Shown here: one piece after another, positions 49,750-59,679 of the stretch
Layout of the letters: each line of letters starts with the position of its first letter
Numbering within the stretch: the first letter of the stretch is position 1
The notes under the pieces: model-generated
The model's database searches: none
What the model was told of the DNA's origin: nothing
Seen by the model: the letters and a program-made list of their open reading frames with translations, nothing else
Program-made: the position numbers and the translations under genes
Origin: Candidatus Aenigmatarchaeota archaeon
GTDB taxonomy: Archaea > Aenigmatarchaeota > Aenigmatarchaeia > CG10238-14 > SCSR01
NCBI GenBank assembly: GCA_038999725.1
Contig: JAWBWS010000001.1
Location: 32,001-96,000 of the forward strand
Direction of reading: 5' to 3'
DNA: 64,000 nucleotides

Positions 49750-50490
49750 ATGAAACGTTTATCTTTGCTTTTAATTTTTGTTTTTTTGATTAGCCTAATC
49801 ATCTTGAATTTTTTCACTATAAGCTTCATACCAACAAAAACTGAAACAATAACGATAACTCCCGCTGAAAAAAATCTCTCTTCAAAAAATGTAATTAAAC
49901 TAAAAGTGCCAGCAATTGATGAAAATGGAAATGGTGTTTTAACTATTTTGATAGTGGAAGCTGTTCCTGGAAAAGGAAGGGTCCTTACAGATATAGATCA
50001 CCTCATCTTCTTCATCGATACTCAAAATTCAATTCAAATAGCAAAAGCCGTTGCACAAAATATAACTGGAATAGATACTTCAAAGGTTGATTTGATTTAT
50101 CAGATAGAGACGAATGCCTCGGCAATAGGTGGGCCTTCTGCAGGGGCCGCTCTCACTATAGCGACTATAGCAGCTTTGGAAAATAAGACATTGAACGAAA
50201 AAGTTGGAATAACTGGAACAATAAATCTTGATGGTAGTATTGGCCCTGTGGGGGGAATAGAGGAAAAAGCCAAAGCATCAAAAGAAGCTGGAATAGAAAT
50301 TTTCTTGGTTCCAAAAGGTCAAGGTACAGGCATTACATACATACCAAAAAGGGAATGTAGAAAAATAGGACCCATTCTATTTTGCACTACTGAATATTCA
50401 ATAAAAAAGGTTGATGTAAGTGAAAGTGTTGGCATCAAGGTTAAAGAGGTTAGCAACATTCAAGAAGCCTTAAAATACTTTTTAGAATAA
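49750..50490 (+). CDS. Membrane-anchored S16 (Lon-like proteolytic domain) protease
   Basis: GGPSAGAA, TGTI..DGSIGPVGGIEEK (Ser-Lys dyad). Confidence 0.9.
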   Translation: MKRLSLLLIFVFLISLIILNFFTISFIPTKTETITITPAEKNLSSKNVIKLKVPAIDENGNGVLTILIVEAVPGKGRVLTDIDHLIFFIDTQNSIQIAKAVAQNITGIDTSKVDLIYQIETNASAIGGPSAGAALTIATIAALENKTLNEKVGITGTINLDGSIGPVGGIEEKAKASKEAGIEIFLVPKGQGTGITYIPKRECRKIGPILFCTTEYSIKKVDVSESVGIKVKEVSNIQEALKYFLE

Positions 50491-50491
50491 A

Positions 50492-51061
50492 GTGATTATC
50501 ATGAGTTTGATAAAACTTTTCACAAAAGATGAAATAAAGGATTTAACCATTTCGGTGTTAGCAATTTCTCTGATTTTAGCTTTTCCCAGGTTTGAGCTTT
50601 TTTTATTATATCTAATTGTGGTTGTCATAGCTTTTGTTTTTCATGAACTAGCTCACAAGTTTGTAGCAATGAAATTTCATTGTGCAGCATTTTATGAGAT
50701 GTGGCCTCTTGGTTTATTCTTTGGACTTTTACTCATGATCTTTGGAATCAAAATTCTTGCTCCTGGTGCTGTGATGATAATGCCATATAGATTTGGGAGA
50801 TGGGGATTTAGAATAGCAAGATTAACTATTCCTGAAATTGGAATAATAGCTTTAGCAGGACCTGCTGTAAACCTTGCTTTTGCTTTAATTTTCTACCCCT
50901 TTCCTAGTTTGAGTTTTCTTTCAGATGTAAATGCTTGGCTCGCTTTTTTCAATCTACTTCCAATTCCTCCCTTGGATGGAAGTAAAGTTGTGCAATGGAA
51001 ACCTTGGCTTTGGCTTTTGCTCATAATCTTTGCTTTTATTCTTGTTTCAAGATTCTTTTAA
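50492..51061 (+). CDS. M50 site-2 metalloprotease
   Basis: HELAH, AGPAVN, NLLPIPPLDG. Confidence 0.92.
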   Translation: MIIMSLIKLFTKDEIKDLTISVLAISLILAFPRFELFLLYLIVVVIAFVFHELAHKFVAMKFHCAAFYEMWPLGLFFGLLLMIFGIKILAPGAVMIMPYRFGRWGFRIARLTIPEIGIIALAGPAVNLAFALIFYPFPSLSFLSDVNAWLAFFNLLPIPPLDGSKVVQWKPWLWLLLIIFAFILVSRFF

Positions 51062-51070
51062 GTGAATTGA

Positions 51071-52336
51071 ATGAAAATTGTGACTGACTTCCATTTACAT
51101 TCATTTTGGAGTAAAGCAACAAGCAAAGAGATGAACCTTGATGGAATAGCTAAAGGTGCGAAAATCAAGGGTTTAAATCTCGTGGGCACCGGTGATTTCA
51201 CACATCCCATGTGGTTGGCTGAGCTAAAAAGGAAATTGCAACCTGTGGAGGGTAGTGGCCTATTCAAGTATAAGGATATTTGGTTCATGCTTACAACAGA
51301 AGTAGGTACAATCTTTGAATTTAAAGGAAAAATAAAAAATATTCATCACATCATCCATACATCATCTTTTGAGATTGTAGAACAAATAAATGAAGCTTTA
51401 TCAAAGTATGGAAACTTGAAAGCAGACGGAAGACCAAATCTTAATCTTTCTGCACCCGAACTTGTCGAAATTTTGATGAACATTTCAGAAGATATTATGA
51501 TAACAAGTAGCCATGCATGGACACCATGGCGGTCTGTTTTAGGAAGCAAGTCAGGATTTAATTCAATAGAAGAATGTTACCAAGATCAAACTAGATATAT
51601 TTTTTCAATAGAAACAGGTCTAAGCAGCACTCCTGACATGAACTGGAGATTGTCTTCTTTGGATAAATTCACTTTGGTTTCCAATAGTGATAGCCATTCT
51701 CCTCATCCTTGGCGTTTGGGAAGGGAAGCAAATGTCTTTGATTTAAAAGATGTAAATTATTGGGAAATTATAGATGCGATAAAAAAGAAAGACAAAAAAA
51801 GGTTTTTGTACACGATTGAAGTTGATGCAAATTATGGTAAATATCACTGGGATGGTCATCGTAATTGTGGAATATCTTTGCACCCAAGAGATGCGGTTAA
51901 ATTGAATAACATTTGCCCAAAATGTGGGAAAAAATTAACTATTGGAGTTCTGCATAGAGTTGAAGAATTAGCTGATAGGCCAGAAGGCTTTATTCCAAAA
52001 GATGCGATACCTTTTAAAACTCTTTTACCTTTGTATGAAATAATTTCTTTTGCTTGGGGTATTGGAGAGCTTTATTCAAAAAAAGTTTTGGAAGAGCATG
52101 ATAAGTTGATAGAAAAATTTGGGAGTGAGTTGAATGTTTTGCTAAATGTAACAAAAGAAGATTTACTAAAAGTTACGAATGAAAAAATTGCTGAAGCAAT
52201 AATAAAGGTTAGAGAGGGAAGAGTTAAATATAAACCTGGTGCAGATGGGGAATATGGCACCCCTATATTTGATGAAAATTTTAAAAGAGAAAAAGAAAGT
52301 TTTCAATCTCAAAAGAACTTAAGACAATTTACCTAG
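51071..52336 (+). CDS. endoQ: Endonuclease Q (PHP domain plus zinc ribbon)
   Basis: DFHLHS, GTGDFTHP, SNSDSHS, GKYHWDGHRNC, CPKCG. Confidence 0.88.
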   Translation: MKIVTDFHLHSFWSKATSKEMNLDGIAKGAKIKGLNLVGTGDFTHPMWLAELKRKLQPVEGSGLFKYKDIWFMLTTEVGTIFEFKGKIKNIHHIIHTSSFEIVEQINEALSKYGNLKADGRPNLNLSAPELVEILMNISEDIMITSSHAWTPWRSVLGSKSGFNSIEECYQDQTRYIFSIETGLSSTPDMNWRLSSLDKFTLVSNSDSHSPHPWRLGREANVFDLKDVNYWEIIDAIKKKDKKRFLYTIEVDANYGKYHWDGHRNCGISLHPRDAVKLNNICPKCGKKLTIGVLHRVEELADRPEGFIPKDAIPFKTLLPLYEIISFAWGIGELYSKKVLEEHDKLIEKFGSELNVLLNVTKEDLLKVTNEKIAEAIIKVREGRVKYKPGADGEYGTPIFDENFKREKESFQSQKNLRQFT

Positions 52337-52548
52337 TTTAAATTGATTTAATGAAAGAAATCATGAAATTGAAATTCCATCCTTTTGGACCTTTTGAAAT
52401 TTGCAATCGGGAATAAGACGTGAAAGTTGTGTTAAAACTAAGGAGAAATGAAAAATAGGAAAACCTATTAATTAAAAAGAAATTCATAAATTTTCGTTTA
52501 ATTTAGAAGCTACTCAAATTAAATTTATGAATGTAATAAATTATTAGT

Positions 52549-52630
52549 GGGTCCGTGGTCTAACGGTAGGACGCCAAGAAAGCGGAACCCTCACACGGTG
52601 GAGAATTGGGTTCAACTCCCAACGGACCCA
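52549..52630 (+). tRNA. trnV: tRNA-Val(CAC) with 11-nt intron at 29/30 (52577-52587)
   Basis: GGGTCCG/CGGACCC-A; the stem CCACC/GGTGG forms only after removing AGAAAGCGGAA. Confidence 0.88.
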
Positions 52631-52662
52631 CAAATTTAAACAAATAAAATAATTTATTCTAT

Positions 52663-53436
52663 ATGTTTGAAATCCTGAAAGAGTTTTTTCATTTCATGTT
52701 CCTACCCCAACCAGAATACACTTTTTTGAATACTCTTGTTTATTCAATTGGCTTTGTTATTGCGTCCTATCTTTTCTTCCTATTTTTAAGAAGAATGAAA
52801 ATTAAAATAGATAAAAAGTTTGCGATTTCTATCTTTCCCTTCTTGATTCTTGGTAGCAGCTTAAGGGTTTTTGTGGATGATAAAATTTTTGAAAGCATTT
52901 TTCTTGTAACTCCATTGATCTACCTAACAATTGGCTTCATTTTCACTCTTGTTTTATTATTTTCAATTTTCTTGGAAAGAAAATGTAAAATACCCTACTT
53001 TAAAATAGTTTTTTGTACAGGAATTTTATTATCTCTACCATTTCTCCTAATTCTTTTGATTAAAGCCGTAAATCTCCCTGCTTTCCTTCTTGTATTGCTT
53101 TTTCTCTCGCCTTGGCTTATCTTGCTAAAAATTATAAAATGGAAAAATGAAAATAAAATTACATTTCTTGCCCAAATTTTTGACGCAACTGTTACCTTTG
53201 TTGGCATAACTTTTTTCGGTTATAAAGAAATGCATGTCCTGCCAAAAATTTTAATTCAATCATTTGGCCCCCTCTCTTTCATATTTTTGAAAGCTCTTGT
53301 GATTTTTTCTATTCTAGCTTTGCTTGAAAAGGTAAAGGGAAAGAAAGAGATCAAAAGCTTCATCAAGCTGATGATAAGTATTCTTGGTGCTTCAACCGGG
53401 ATTAGAGATTTTTTAAGGATTTTACTCTTAGTTTAA
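52663..53436 (+). CDS. DUF63-family membrane protein
   Basis: Y...NTLVY, LRVFVD, AQIFDATVTF.G, EMHVLP, GIRD. Confidence 0.8.
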   Translation: MFEILKEFFHFMFLPQPEYTFLNTLVYSIGFVIASYLFFLFLRRMKIKIDKKFAISIFPFLILGSSLRVFVDDKIFESIFLVTPLIYLTIGFIFTLVLLFSIFLERKCKIPYFKIVFCTGILLSLPFLLILLIKAVNLPAFLLVLLFLSPWLILLKIIKWKNENKITFLAQIFDATVTFVGITFFGYKEMHVLPKILIQSFGPLSFIFLKALVIFSILALLEKVKGKKEIKSFIKLMISILGASTGIRDFLRILLLV

Positions 53437-54536
53437 TATTGAGAAATCGTTAGAGTGACATCTTCAAGTGAATAGGATCCTCCCTTTTCTGTGGAAAATG
53501 AAATTGTGTTTATGCCGGCTTTAAGCTCAACTTCCTCCCCAAACCTTTTAACAAGGTAGTATGGTGGCACTTCATTGTAAATTATCTTATCATTTATTTT
53601 GATGATTAGATTTGTTGATTTTGGTGGTGAAATTATTTCATGTGTCTTTGTGAATAGAGAAATTTTCCCTTCTTTGAAATTTTTAACCTCAAAATCTTCG
53701 AGAGAAAAATTAAATTCTCTGAAAATTGTTCCATTGTATTCTACCATGAATTTAACTAAAGGTATTTTGTAAAAAGAGGTTGACCAAAATACAAAACCTG
53801 GTGAACCTGCCCTCAAAACTATTGAATTAGACTTTTTGATTAAATCTTTTGGAATTTCTACAATCACTTCACCAACTCCAACTTTTTTGTCAAAAATTTT
53901 GTTGTTATTAAACTCAACTATCAAACTCCCTAAAGAATTTGTTTGGTCGATTACCATTTGCAAGTAAGCATTTAAAATTAAAGGCAACTTCTCTTCAGGA
54001 ACTATTACTGCAAAACTTGAATAAAACTCTGAAAAGTAGCCTTTTTCCACTTTGAGATTTTCCACTTCCCTTATAACTTCCTCACCAACGATATAGCCAA
54101 CATTAAAATCATCAAAAGAGAATGAAATTTTCTTTTCTTCTGTTTTCATCGAAACATTCACTGAGATTGGAATTACTTTTTTAAAACCAAGCGTTTCAAC
54201 ATAAATTTCTCCCCAATGTACACCGTAAGATGCCCAGAATGGGACATTTACAAAAACTCTAACCTTTTCCTCTTTTTCCACGTTAAGTCTATCTCTCTCA
54301 AAACTTATCCAATTTGCAATTTCTCCAGAACTTCTTAAAGTCACATTAGAAGCTGTGCCATTCATGAAGATGTAAAAAGAGGAAGAAGACCCTCTCTCTA
54401 TGGTTAAATACTTTGACTCTGGCATGACTGTTATTTGAGTTGAGGCCTGTGAACTCCAAACAATAACCAAAATACCTATCAATATCAAACCTGCCATGAG
54501 AACAAACGCAAATTCATCAATTTGAGCTTTCATCAA
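53433..54536 (-). CDS. Surface protein with class III-like signal (KAQ followed by hydrophobic helix)
   Basis: MMKAQIDEFAFVLMAGLILIGILVIVW then beta-rich domains. Confidence 0.6.
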   Translation of the reverse strand: MMKAQIDEFAFVLMAGLILIGILVIVWSSQASTQITVMPESKYLTIERGSSSSFYIFMNGTASNVTLRSSGEIANWISFERDRLNVEKEEKVRVFVNVPFWASYGVHWGEIYVETLGFKKVIPISVNVSMKTEEKKISFSFDDFNVGYIVGEEVIREVENLKVEKGYFSEFYSSFAVIVPEEKLPLILNAYLQMVIDQTNSLGSLIVEFNNNKIFDKKVGVGEVIVEIPKDLIKKSNSIVLRAGSPGFVFWSTSFYKIPLVKFMVEYNGTIFREFNFSLEDFEVKNFKEGKISLFTKTHEIISPPKSTNLIIKINDKIIYNEVPPYYLVKRFGEEVELKAGINTISFSTEKGGSYSLEDVTLTISQY

Positions 54537-54574
54537 AAGCCCCTTAATTTTAATTATGTTTTAAAAAGAATAAG

Positions 54575-54772
54575 TTATTTTAACTTCTCTTCCCTCTTTT
54601 TTATAGAAGTTATATAGCCTGCAATTATATTCCTTATCCTTTTTGAGTTTATGTCAATAAGTTGACCAACAATTTTCTTGTTTGTCTCAAAATCTGTAGA
54701 AAATTTATCTCCATTTTTTTCAAGTAAATATCTTGCCACTCTCTTGACAAAAGAAGTTTTAATTCTTCCCAT
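54575..54772 (-). CDS. rps17e: 30S ribosomal protein S17e
   Basis: MGRIKT...DFETNK...SKRIRNIIAGYIT. Confidence 0.96.
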   Translation of the reverse strand: MGRIKTSFVKRVARYLLEKNGDKFSTDFETNKKIVGQLIDINSKRIRNIIAGYITSIKKREEKLK

Positions 54773-54787
54773 CGAATCACTGAATCT

Positions 54788-55354
54788 CTATGGAGTAAGG
54801 CGCTTAATTTCGTAATAAGTGCAATCATTCTCTCTGTCTACAACCGCCCACACGAAAGTCGCCCTTATATTATGTGCAAGTCTCACTGCCCTCGACATTT
54901 CTGGTAAAGAAAAGGCTGCTTCTTCTGGAACAGCATGAACTACAAATTTTGTGTGTTCATGTGGGGCTTTTGGTCCTCTTACAAGCTTTACTCCTCTTTC
55001 GTAAACTCTGAAATGGGCACCAAATTTAAAACCAGTTTTCACCAGATAGCCTCTCTCCCTCAAGTCGCGATAAACTACAAATTGAGGATGAAATTGGTTT
55101 ACTATTTTTGTTGCAATTTCTAAAAACTCCTTCAAGTCTACATATCTCCTCTTTTCTCCCTCTTTTAAAAAAACTTTCATTCTCCCTTTCTCTAAAAGAT
55201 AGGCTGCCTCCACGAGCTCCAATTCAAGCCTACTGGGATTTTCTTCAGGAACTGGTTTACCAAAACCAGAATCATCATAAAGTCTAACAGCATCCTTATC
55301 CCAAATTATTACTCTGTTTTCCACTAATTCTCCTTCCCAAATTTTCTCTGCCAT
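54788..55354 (-). CDS. endA: tRNA-intron (BHB) splicing endonuclease
   Basis: LVEAAYL, VYRDLRERGY, GFKFGAHFRVY, EH, AVVD...YY. Confidence 0.93.
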   Translation of the reverse strand: MAEKIWEGELVENRVIIWDKDAVRLYDDSGFGKPVPEENPSRLELELVEAAYLLEKGRMKVFLKEGEKRRYVDLKEFLEIATKIVNQFHPQFVVYRDLRERGYLVKTGFKFGAHFRVYERGVKLVRGPKAPHEHTKFVVHAVPEEAAFSLPEMSRAVRLAHNIRATFVWAVVDRENDCTYYEIKRLTP

Positions 55355-55399
55355 ACAACTATTTTTATTTTACTAGGTTTTAAAAACTTTTCTTAAAAA

Positions 55400-55912
55400 C
55401 TACACCCAAACTTTTTTACGACAACTTTGGCAAAGCTCTTTATTTTTCCTGTCCACATCACCAATAGTGTTTGAAAAACTCATCACACATGTTGAAATTG
55501 AGCAATGACCTAAACCAAGCATATGACCAACCTCATGAATTGCTTCTTTGACTGCTCTTTCTATCAGAAGGTTTTTATCTGGTTTTTGTCTATAGAAAGT
55601 TGGATCAAGTCTATGGATTGAAACAACACCATAATTTCCATGATAATAAGCTTGACCAAAAACAAAATTCAAATTTTCGGCATAAAGATCTTTATCTGTA
55701 ACCCCTAAAGTTTTATTTTGAAATTTTTCCGATAAAAATTTAAGTACAAGAGGAGCGGGATATTGGTGCCGAATCTCATTGTAAATTTCCTTCGGAATCT
55801 CTATTGGTCTTGTTGTCTCTGTACTCAACTCAAATTTTTCTCTTAATTCCGAAGCTATCGCCGTAAGTACCTCCTCGGGAATTTTTCCAAGCTGAACAAT
55901 TGTGATTTTCAT
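55400..55912 (-). CDS. amzA: Archaemetzincin
   Basis: HEVGHMLGLGHC...CVMSFS...LCQSC. Confidence 0.92.
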   Translation of the reverse strand: MKITIVQLGKIPEEVLTAIASELREKFELSTETTRPIEIPKEIYNEIRHQYPAPLVLKFLSEKFQNKTLGVTDKDLYAENLNFVFGQAYYHGNYGVVSIHRLDPTFYRQKPDKNLLIERAVKEAIHEVGHMLGLGHCSISTCVMSFSNTIGDVDRKNKELCQSCRKKVWV

Positions 55913-56095
55913 AAAGATAATTTAAGTTTAAAAAAAGAAAAAACAAGAGGATACATTAAAATTCAATTAACTCCACATTTTGTATTTTTATCATTCTTTA
56001 TAGACTTTATTTAACCTTCTTCTGTGATTGTAAATGTCTATATTTTCGCTTTTTTGATTGCCATTAAAGAAGATGAATTTAAATTGAGTTTCTTG

Positions 56096-56200
56096 TGGGG
56101 CGGGTGGGATTTGAACCCACAACACATCGCTCTTCAGGCGATCTAGAGCCAAATGGTTGCTCTCCCGGGTTGAGCTTGCGGTAATTAACATTACCGCCCC
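56096..56200 (-). tRNA. trnF: tRNA-Phe(GAA) with two non-canonical introns (9/10: 56176-56191; 26/27: 56143-56157)
   Basis: BHB central helices GCGG/CCGC and AGAG/CTCT; mature 74 nt with intact anticodon arm ATCGC-CTGAAGA-GCGAT. Confidence 0.87.
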
Positions 56201-56316
56201 GCTCCGCCCCATTTTTTAATATTTTATTTTTAATAATTTATCTTGTTTATACTTTGAATAATTCTGGATCAAATCTCTGTAATTTCCAATAAAATTATAA
56301 AGATTAATTCTACACT

Positions 56317-57003
56317 TCAATTTATTCTTAACCTATATTTTATTCCTTCTTTAATCACAAAAATCAAAACCCCAAAAACCATCCTGATTCCTCTTAAAAA
56401 TCCTGATTTTTTCTTGTAAGTTATTGTTACAGGGACTTGAGCAATTTTAATTTTATTTTTCACTGATGAAATCAACATTTGATCTTCGAGGATATACCCC
56501 CCATGGATGTCATCTTTAATCTTTTCCATGGCTTTTCTAGAAAATGCAACAAAACCGCAATTCGTGTCTTCCAATTTTTGCTTAAACAAGAGATTAAAAC
56601 TTGTCTTCCAGATAAAATTACCAAGCCTGTGCCTCAATGGCACTTTTGACCAATCTCTCTTCCCCATGACAAAATCCGCCTTTCCCTCTTTTAGAGGCTT
56701 AAGAAGATTTATCGCTTCATCTGGTAAATATTGCATGTCGGCATCAACAATAACAACATTCTCAGTAGAAGGATATTTTTTGATTAAAAAATTGATGCCT
56801 GTTTTGATAGCTTCACCTTTCCCTTTATTTTTCTCATGTCTCAAAACAAGTGCTCCAGCTTTCTTTGCCAACTCAAATGTTCTATCTTTTGAGCAATCGT
56901 CAATTACAATCACCTTTAAGCCAATTTTTTTCAATCTATAAACAACCTCACAAATAGTTTTTTCTTCATTATAGGCTGGTACGAGTGCTATTTGCATAAT
57001 CAA
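56317..57003 (-). CDS. GT2 (DPM-synthase-like) glycosyltransferase
   Basis: PAYNEE, DDCSKD, NKGKG, DADMQ, DTNCGF. Confidence 0.92.
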   Translation of the reverse strand: MIMQIALVPAYNEEKTICEVVYRLKKIGLKVIVIDDCSKDRTFELAKKAGALVLRHEKNKGKGEAIKTGINFLIKKYPSTENVVIVDADMQYLPDEAINLLKPLKEGKADFVMGKRDWSKVPLRHRLGNFIWKTSFNLLFKQKLEDTNCGFVAFSRKAMEKIKDDIHGGYILEDQMLISSVKNKIKIAQVPVTITYKKKSGFLRGIRMVFGVLIFVIKEGIKYRLRIN

Positions 57004-57056
57004 TCTTTGAAATTTAAAATTATTTAAAAACAGCTAAAACCTTTCAATTTCTAACA

Positions 57057-58181
57057 CTAATCGAGGAAGTCCTTATTTTTGATTTTTTCTGGAATGTATT
57101 TATCTGAAATGAATGTTATACCTTTAGAGGAAAGTGCAGCCAATTCTACTTTCCCATTTAATTCTTTTAACATTTTGAATTGCCTTTGCCAATCTTTGTT
57201 ATTTTTAAACCATGGGTATTGTTCTACCTGTTTCATTCTTTTGATATCAGCTTCTTCAAATTTTATCAAATGTCTCTTCAACTCATATTTTATCACATCA
57301 TCAACAGTAAGACCCAAGAATTTTGCATTTGGTATAGCCAACTTTTCTGATATATGAGATAAACTTATACTCCCATACTTTATCACAGAATAAATATAGA
57401 AACCCCAAACATCAAGATCCGTTAAAACATAAATCGGCAATTTGTGTTCCAAATGAAGCCTTTGTAAAAGTCTTCTAACCCCTCTTGTAGCCTGACCTTG
57501 AGAACTAACTATCACACAATTCAATTTTTCCCAGACTCGATCTTCATGTAACCTTTCCCACTCAGCAGCTTTCTCCATATATATCACAAATTTTGCATCC
57601 ACCTTCTTGAAAATTATATCTTCGACATTGGAAGGAATGCTCCAACCTCCGGAACCAAGCTTGCTCCAGTCAATCACATCACCCTTATCTTCAATCACAA
57701 CCTTTCCAGCAACGGAACCCATCTTGTTTGCATTTATGTGGAGCTGCTCTCTAGAAGCATTTGCTATAAGCTCCAAATCTTCTATAGCTTCATTCGATTC
57801 TGTTTGCTCATCAACAAGATTTATGTTCGAATTTGGTAAAGTCCTCTTCATCCTATAGAAAGCTTCTCTCAAGCTCAAATGCTTATCCATCTCAATTAAT
57901 TCTTTTGAAAGTGCGGCCGCCTCTATTGTTTGAACAAACTTCCTCACATGTGCTATGTTGAAGAAATACCTTTTTGCTGTAGCATTTCCCAAAACGAGCA
58001 TTTTTGTTTGTTCATCAAACCTGACGTTACTTAAAGCTCTTATAGGTATCTCTAAGCATGGGTTTCTCATGGCTTTTATATCCTCCAAGATCTTTTCCCC
58101 TATTTTCTCAAGATTCCTCTTTACTTCCTTCTTCTTTTCCACCCACACCACCCTTCTCCAATATTTTTTCCAAACCTTCAA
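57057..58181 (-). CDS. top6A: DNA topoisomerase VI subunit A (true start probably ~35-40 nt downstream)
   Basis: LREAFY catalytic Tyr; TOPRIM MEK...DLD; ELAAL. Confidence 0.95.
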   Translation of the reverse strand: MKVWKKYWRRVVWVEKKKEVKRNLEKIGEKILEDIKAMRNPCLEIPIRALSNVRFDEQTKMLVLGNATAKRYFFNIAHVRKFVQTIEAAALSKELIEMDKHLSLREAFYRMKRTLPNSNINLVDEQTESNEAIEDLELIANASREQLHINANKMGSVAGKVVIEDKGDVIDWSKLGSGGWSIPSNVEDIIFKKVDAKFVIYMEKAAEWERLHEDRVWEKLNCVIVSSQGQATRGVRRLLQRLHLEHKLPIYVLTDLDVWGFYIYSVIKYGSISLSHISEKLAIPNAKFLGLTVDDVIKYELKRHLIKFEEADIKRMKQVEQYPWFKNNKDWQRQFKMLKELNGKVELAALSSKGITFISDKYIPEKIKNKDFLD

Positions 58182-59679
58182 TTATTTTTTGCTTTTTCTC
58201 ATTTGTTAGCTTTTCTAGAGATTCAGCAAACTCTGGTATATACTTCTCAAATAACTCCCTCCTTAATCGAGATTCTCTTGCTTTCTTTATTTGTCTCACA
58301 TAGCTAGCAAGCCTCCTTCCAGCCTCTTGTAAAGCAAGTTTTACCTCACGCAGGATCTCTGGGTATTTTGCTATTGCTTGTTTTCCTTCAGAAGTGAAAG
58401 GAACCCAAACTGAAGCAAAATGAATGAAGATTACCAATGGTCCAACGGGAAGTTGACCTTGAGATTGTGATAAACCATAACGACGAAAATCTGTTTCTAT
58501 CGTAGCTTCAGTCAAAGCACAATCACCTTGGTGATATAGCAAAGGAACTTTATTAGCAAACCTCAACAGCTCAGCTGTTTGATCTTCTGGTAAATTTCCC
58601 CCATAAGCTAAACCCACTTCCACCAAAAATGGGTTGCCACGATAAACTGCAGGTGACCTGGTGACTGCAACCACGTATTCGGCACCTGTCTCTTTTTCCA
58701 GCCCTTCCCTTATCAGTTTTTCACCAAGAGGGGAAAGACAATCTGTGGGCGGTGCTTTTAGTTTAACAAGCTGCATAGCTTTATGTAACCTCTCAGACTC
58801 TTCATGAGTAAGTTGACTTGGCTTTTTGTTCGGTTCAAGCTTTGCAAGCCTACAAATTTGCTCAGCAGACCTTTTTCCAACTCTAGAAAATTCAGAAGTC
58901 AAAAATTGTAAAATATTTCTTGTTTTAGTTGAAGAGAGCATTCTTCTGAGCAAACCAATTTCAACACCGTAAGGATGTGGTTTGATTTCCCTTGGTTCTC
59001 TTGGCATCTCTTCAACAGCTCTTTCAAAAGTTGTTTTACCACTTGGTCCGTCAAAGATTATTTTAGCATATGGATTTGCTATTGCTGTTTGCCTTAGATA
59101 TTCAGTTATTGATTGTGCCCTTTCCACATATTTACCTTCGATTTCCATTTCTACTTTAACACCATGCCACTTACTTGGATTTTTTTCTACTGTATGGGAA
59201 ACAATTATAGGCTCATTTTTAACTACATCAATCATAAGTTCAAAGATGTGAATATCTTTGCCTATGCTTGTTGTGATTTTTGTTGGTTTTCCTGTTGTGA
59301 GTTGAGAATAAAGAACTGCACCATGAATTCCCAGGCCCTGGATTCCTCGAGACTGTTTTAGCCTATGGAATTTTGAGCCATACAAAAATTTACCAAAAGC
59401 ATAAGGCACTTTCGATTCAACAACCCCAGGACCATTGTCTTCAACCATAACTCTAAATCTTTCCCCACTTGTCGGTTTAACAACAACTTTTATTTCTGGT
59501 AAAATTCCGGCTTCACAGCAAGCATCTAGAGAATTGTCAACCGCTTCTTTAACTACAGTCAACAAAGCTTTTGTTGGATTCTCGTATCCAAGCAAATGCC
59601 TGTTCTTCTCGAAAAATTCGGCTACCGAAACTTCTTTCATCTCTTTTGCCATTTTTTCAGCTATACTTTCTTCAACCAT
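58108..59679 (-). CDS. top6B: DNA topoisomerase VI subunit B
   Basis: EAVDNSLDAC, EDNGPG, SRGIQGLG, RFANKVPL. Confidence 0.97.
   Translation of the reverse strand: MVEESIAEKMAKEMKEVSVAEFFEKNRHLLGYENPTKALLTVVKEAVDNSLDACCEAGILPEIKVVVKPTSGERFRVMVEDNGPGVVESKVPYAFGKFLYGSKFHRLKQSRGIQGLGIHGAVLYSQLTTGKPTKITTSIGKDIHIFELMIDVVKNEPIIVSHTVEKNPSKWHGVKVEMEIEGKYVERAQSITEYLRQTAIANPYAKIIFDGPSGKTTFERAVEEMPREPREIKPHPYGVEIGLLRRMLSSTKTRNILQFLTSEFSRVGKRSAEQICRLAKLEPNKKPSQLTHEESERLHKAMQLVKLKAPPTDCLSPLGEKLIREGLEKETGAEYVVAVTRSPAVYRGNPFLVEVGLAYGGNLPEDQTAELLRFANKVPLLYHQGDCALTEATIETDFRRYGLSQSQGQLPVGPLVIFIHFASVWVPFTSEGKQAIAKYPEILREVKLALQEAGRRLASYVRQIKKARESRLRRELFEKYIPEFAESLEKLTNEKKQKIIEGLEKILEKGGVGGKEEGSKEES

Noticed and set aside
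52337..52548. Short ORFs between endoQ and tRNA-Val
   Set aside because: About 21 codons with no recognisable motif or translation signals.
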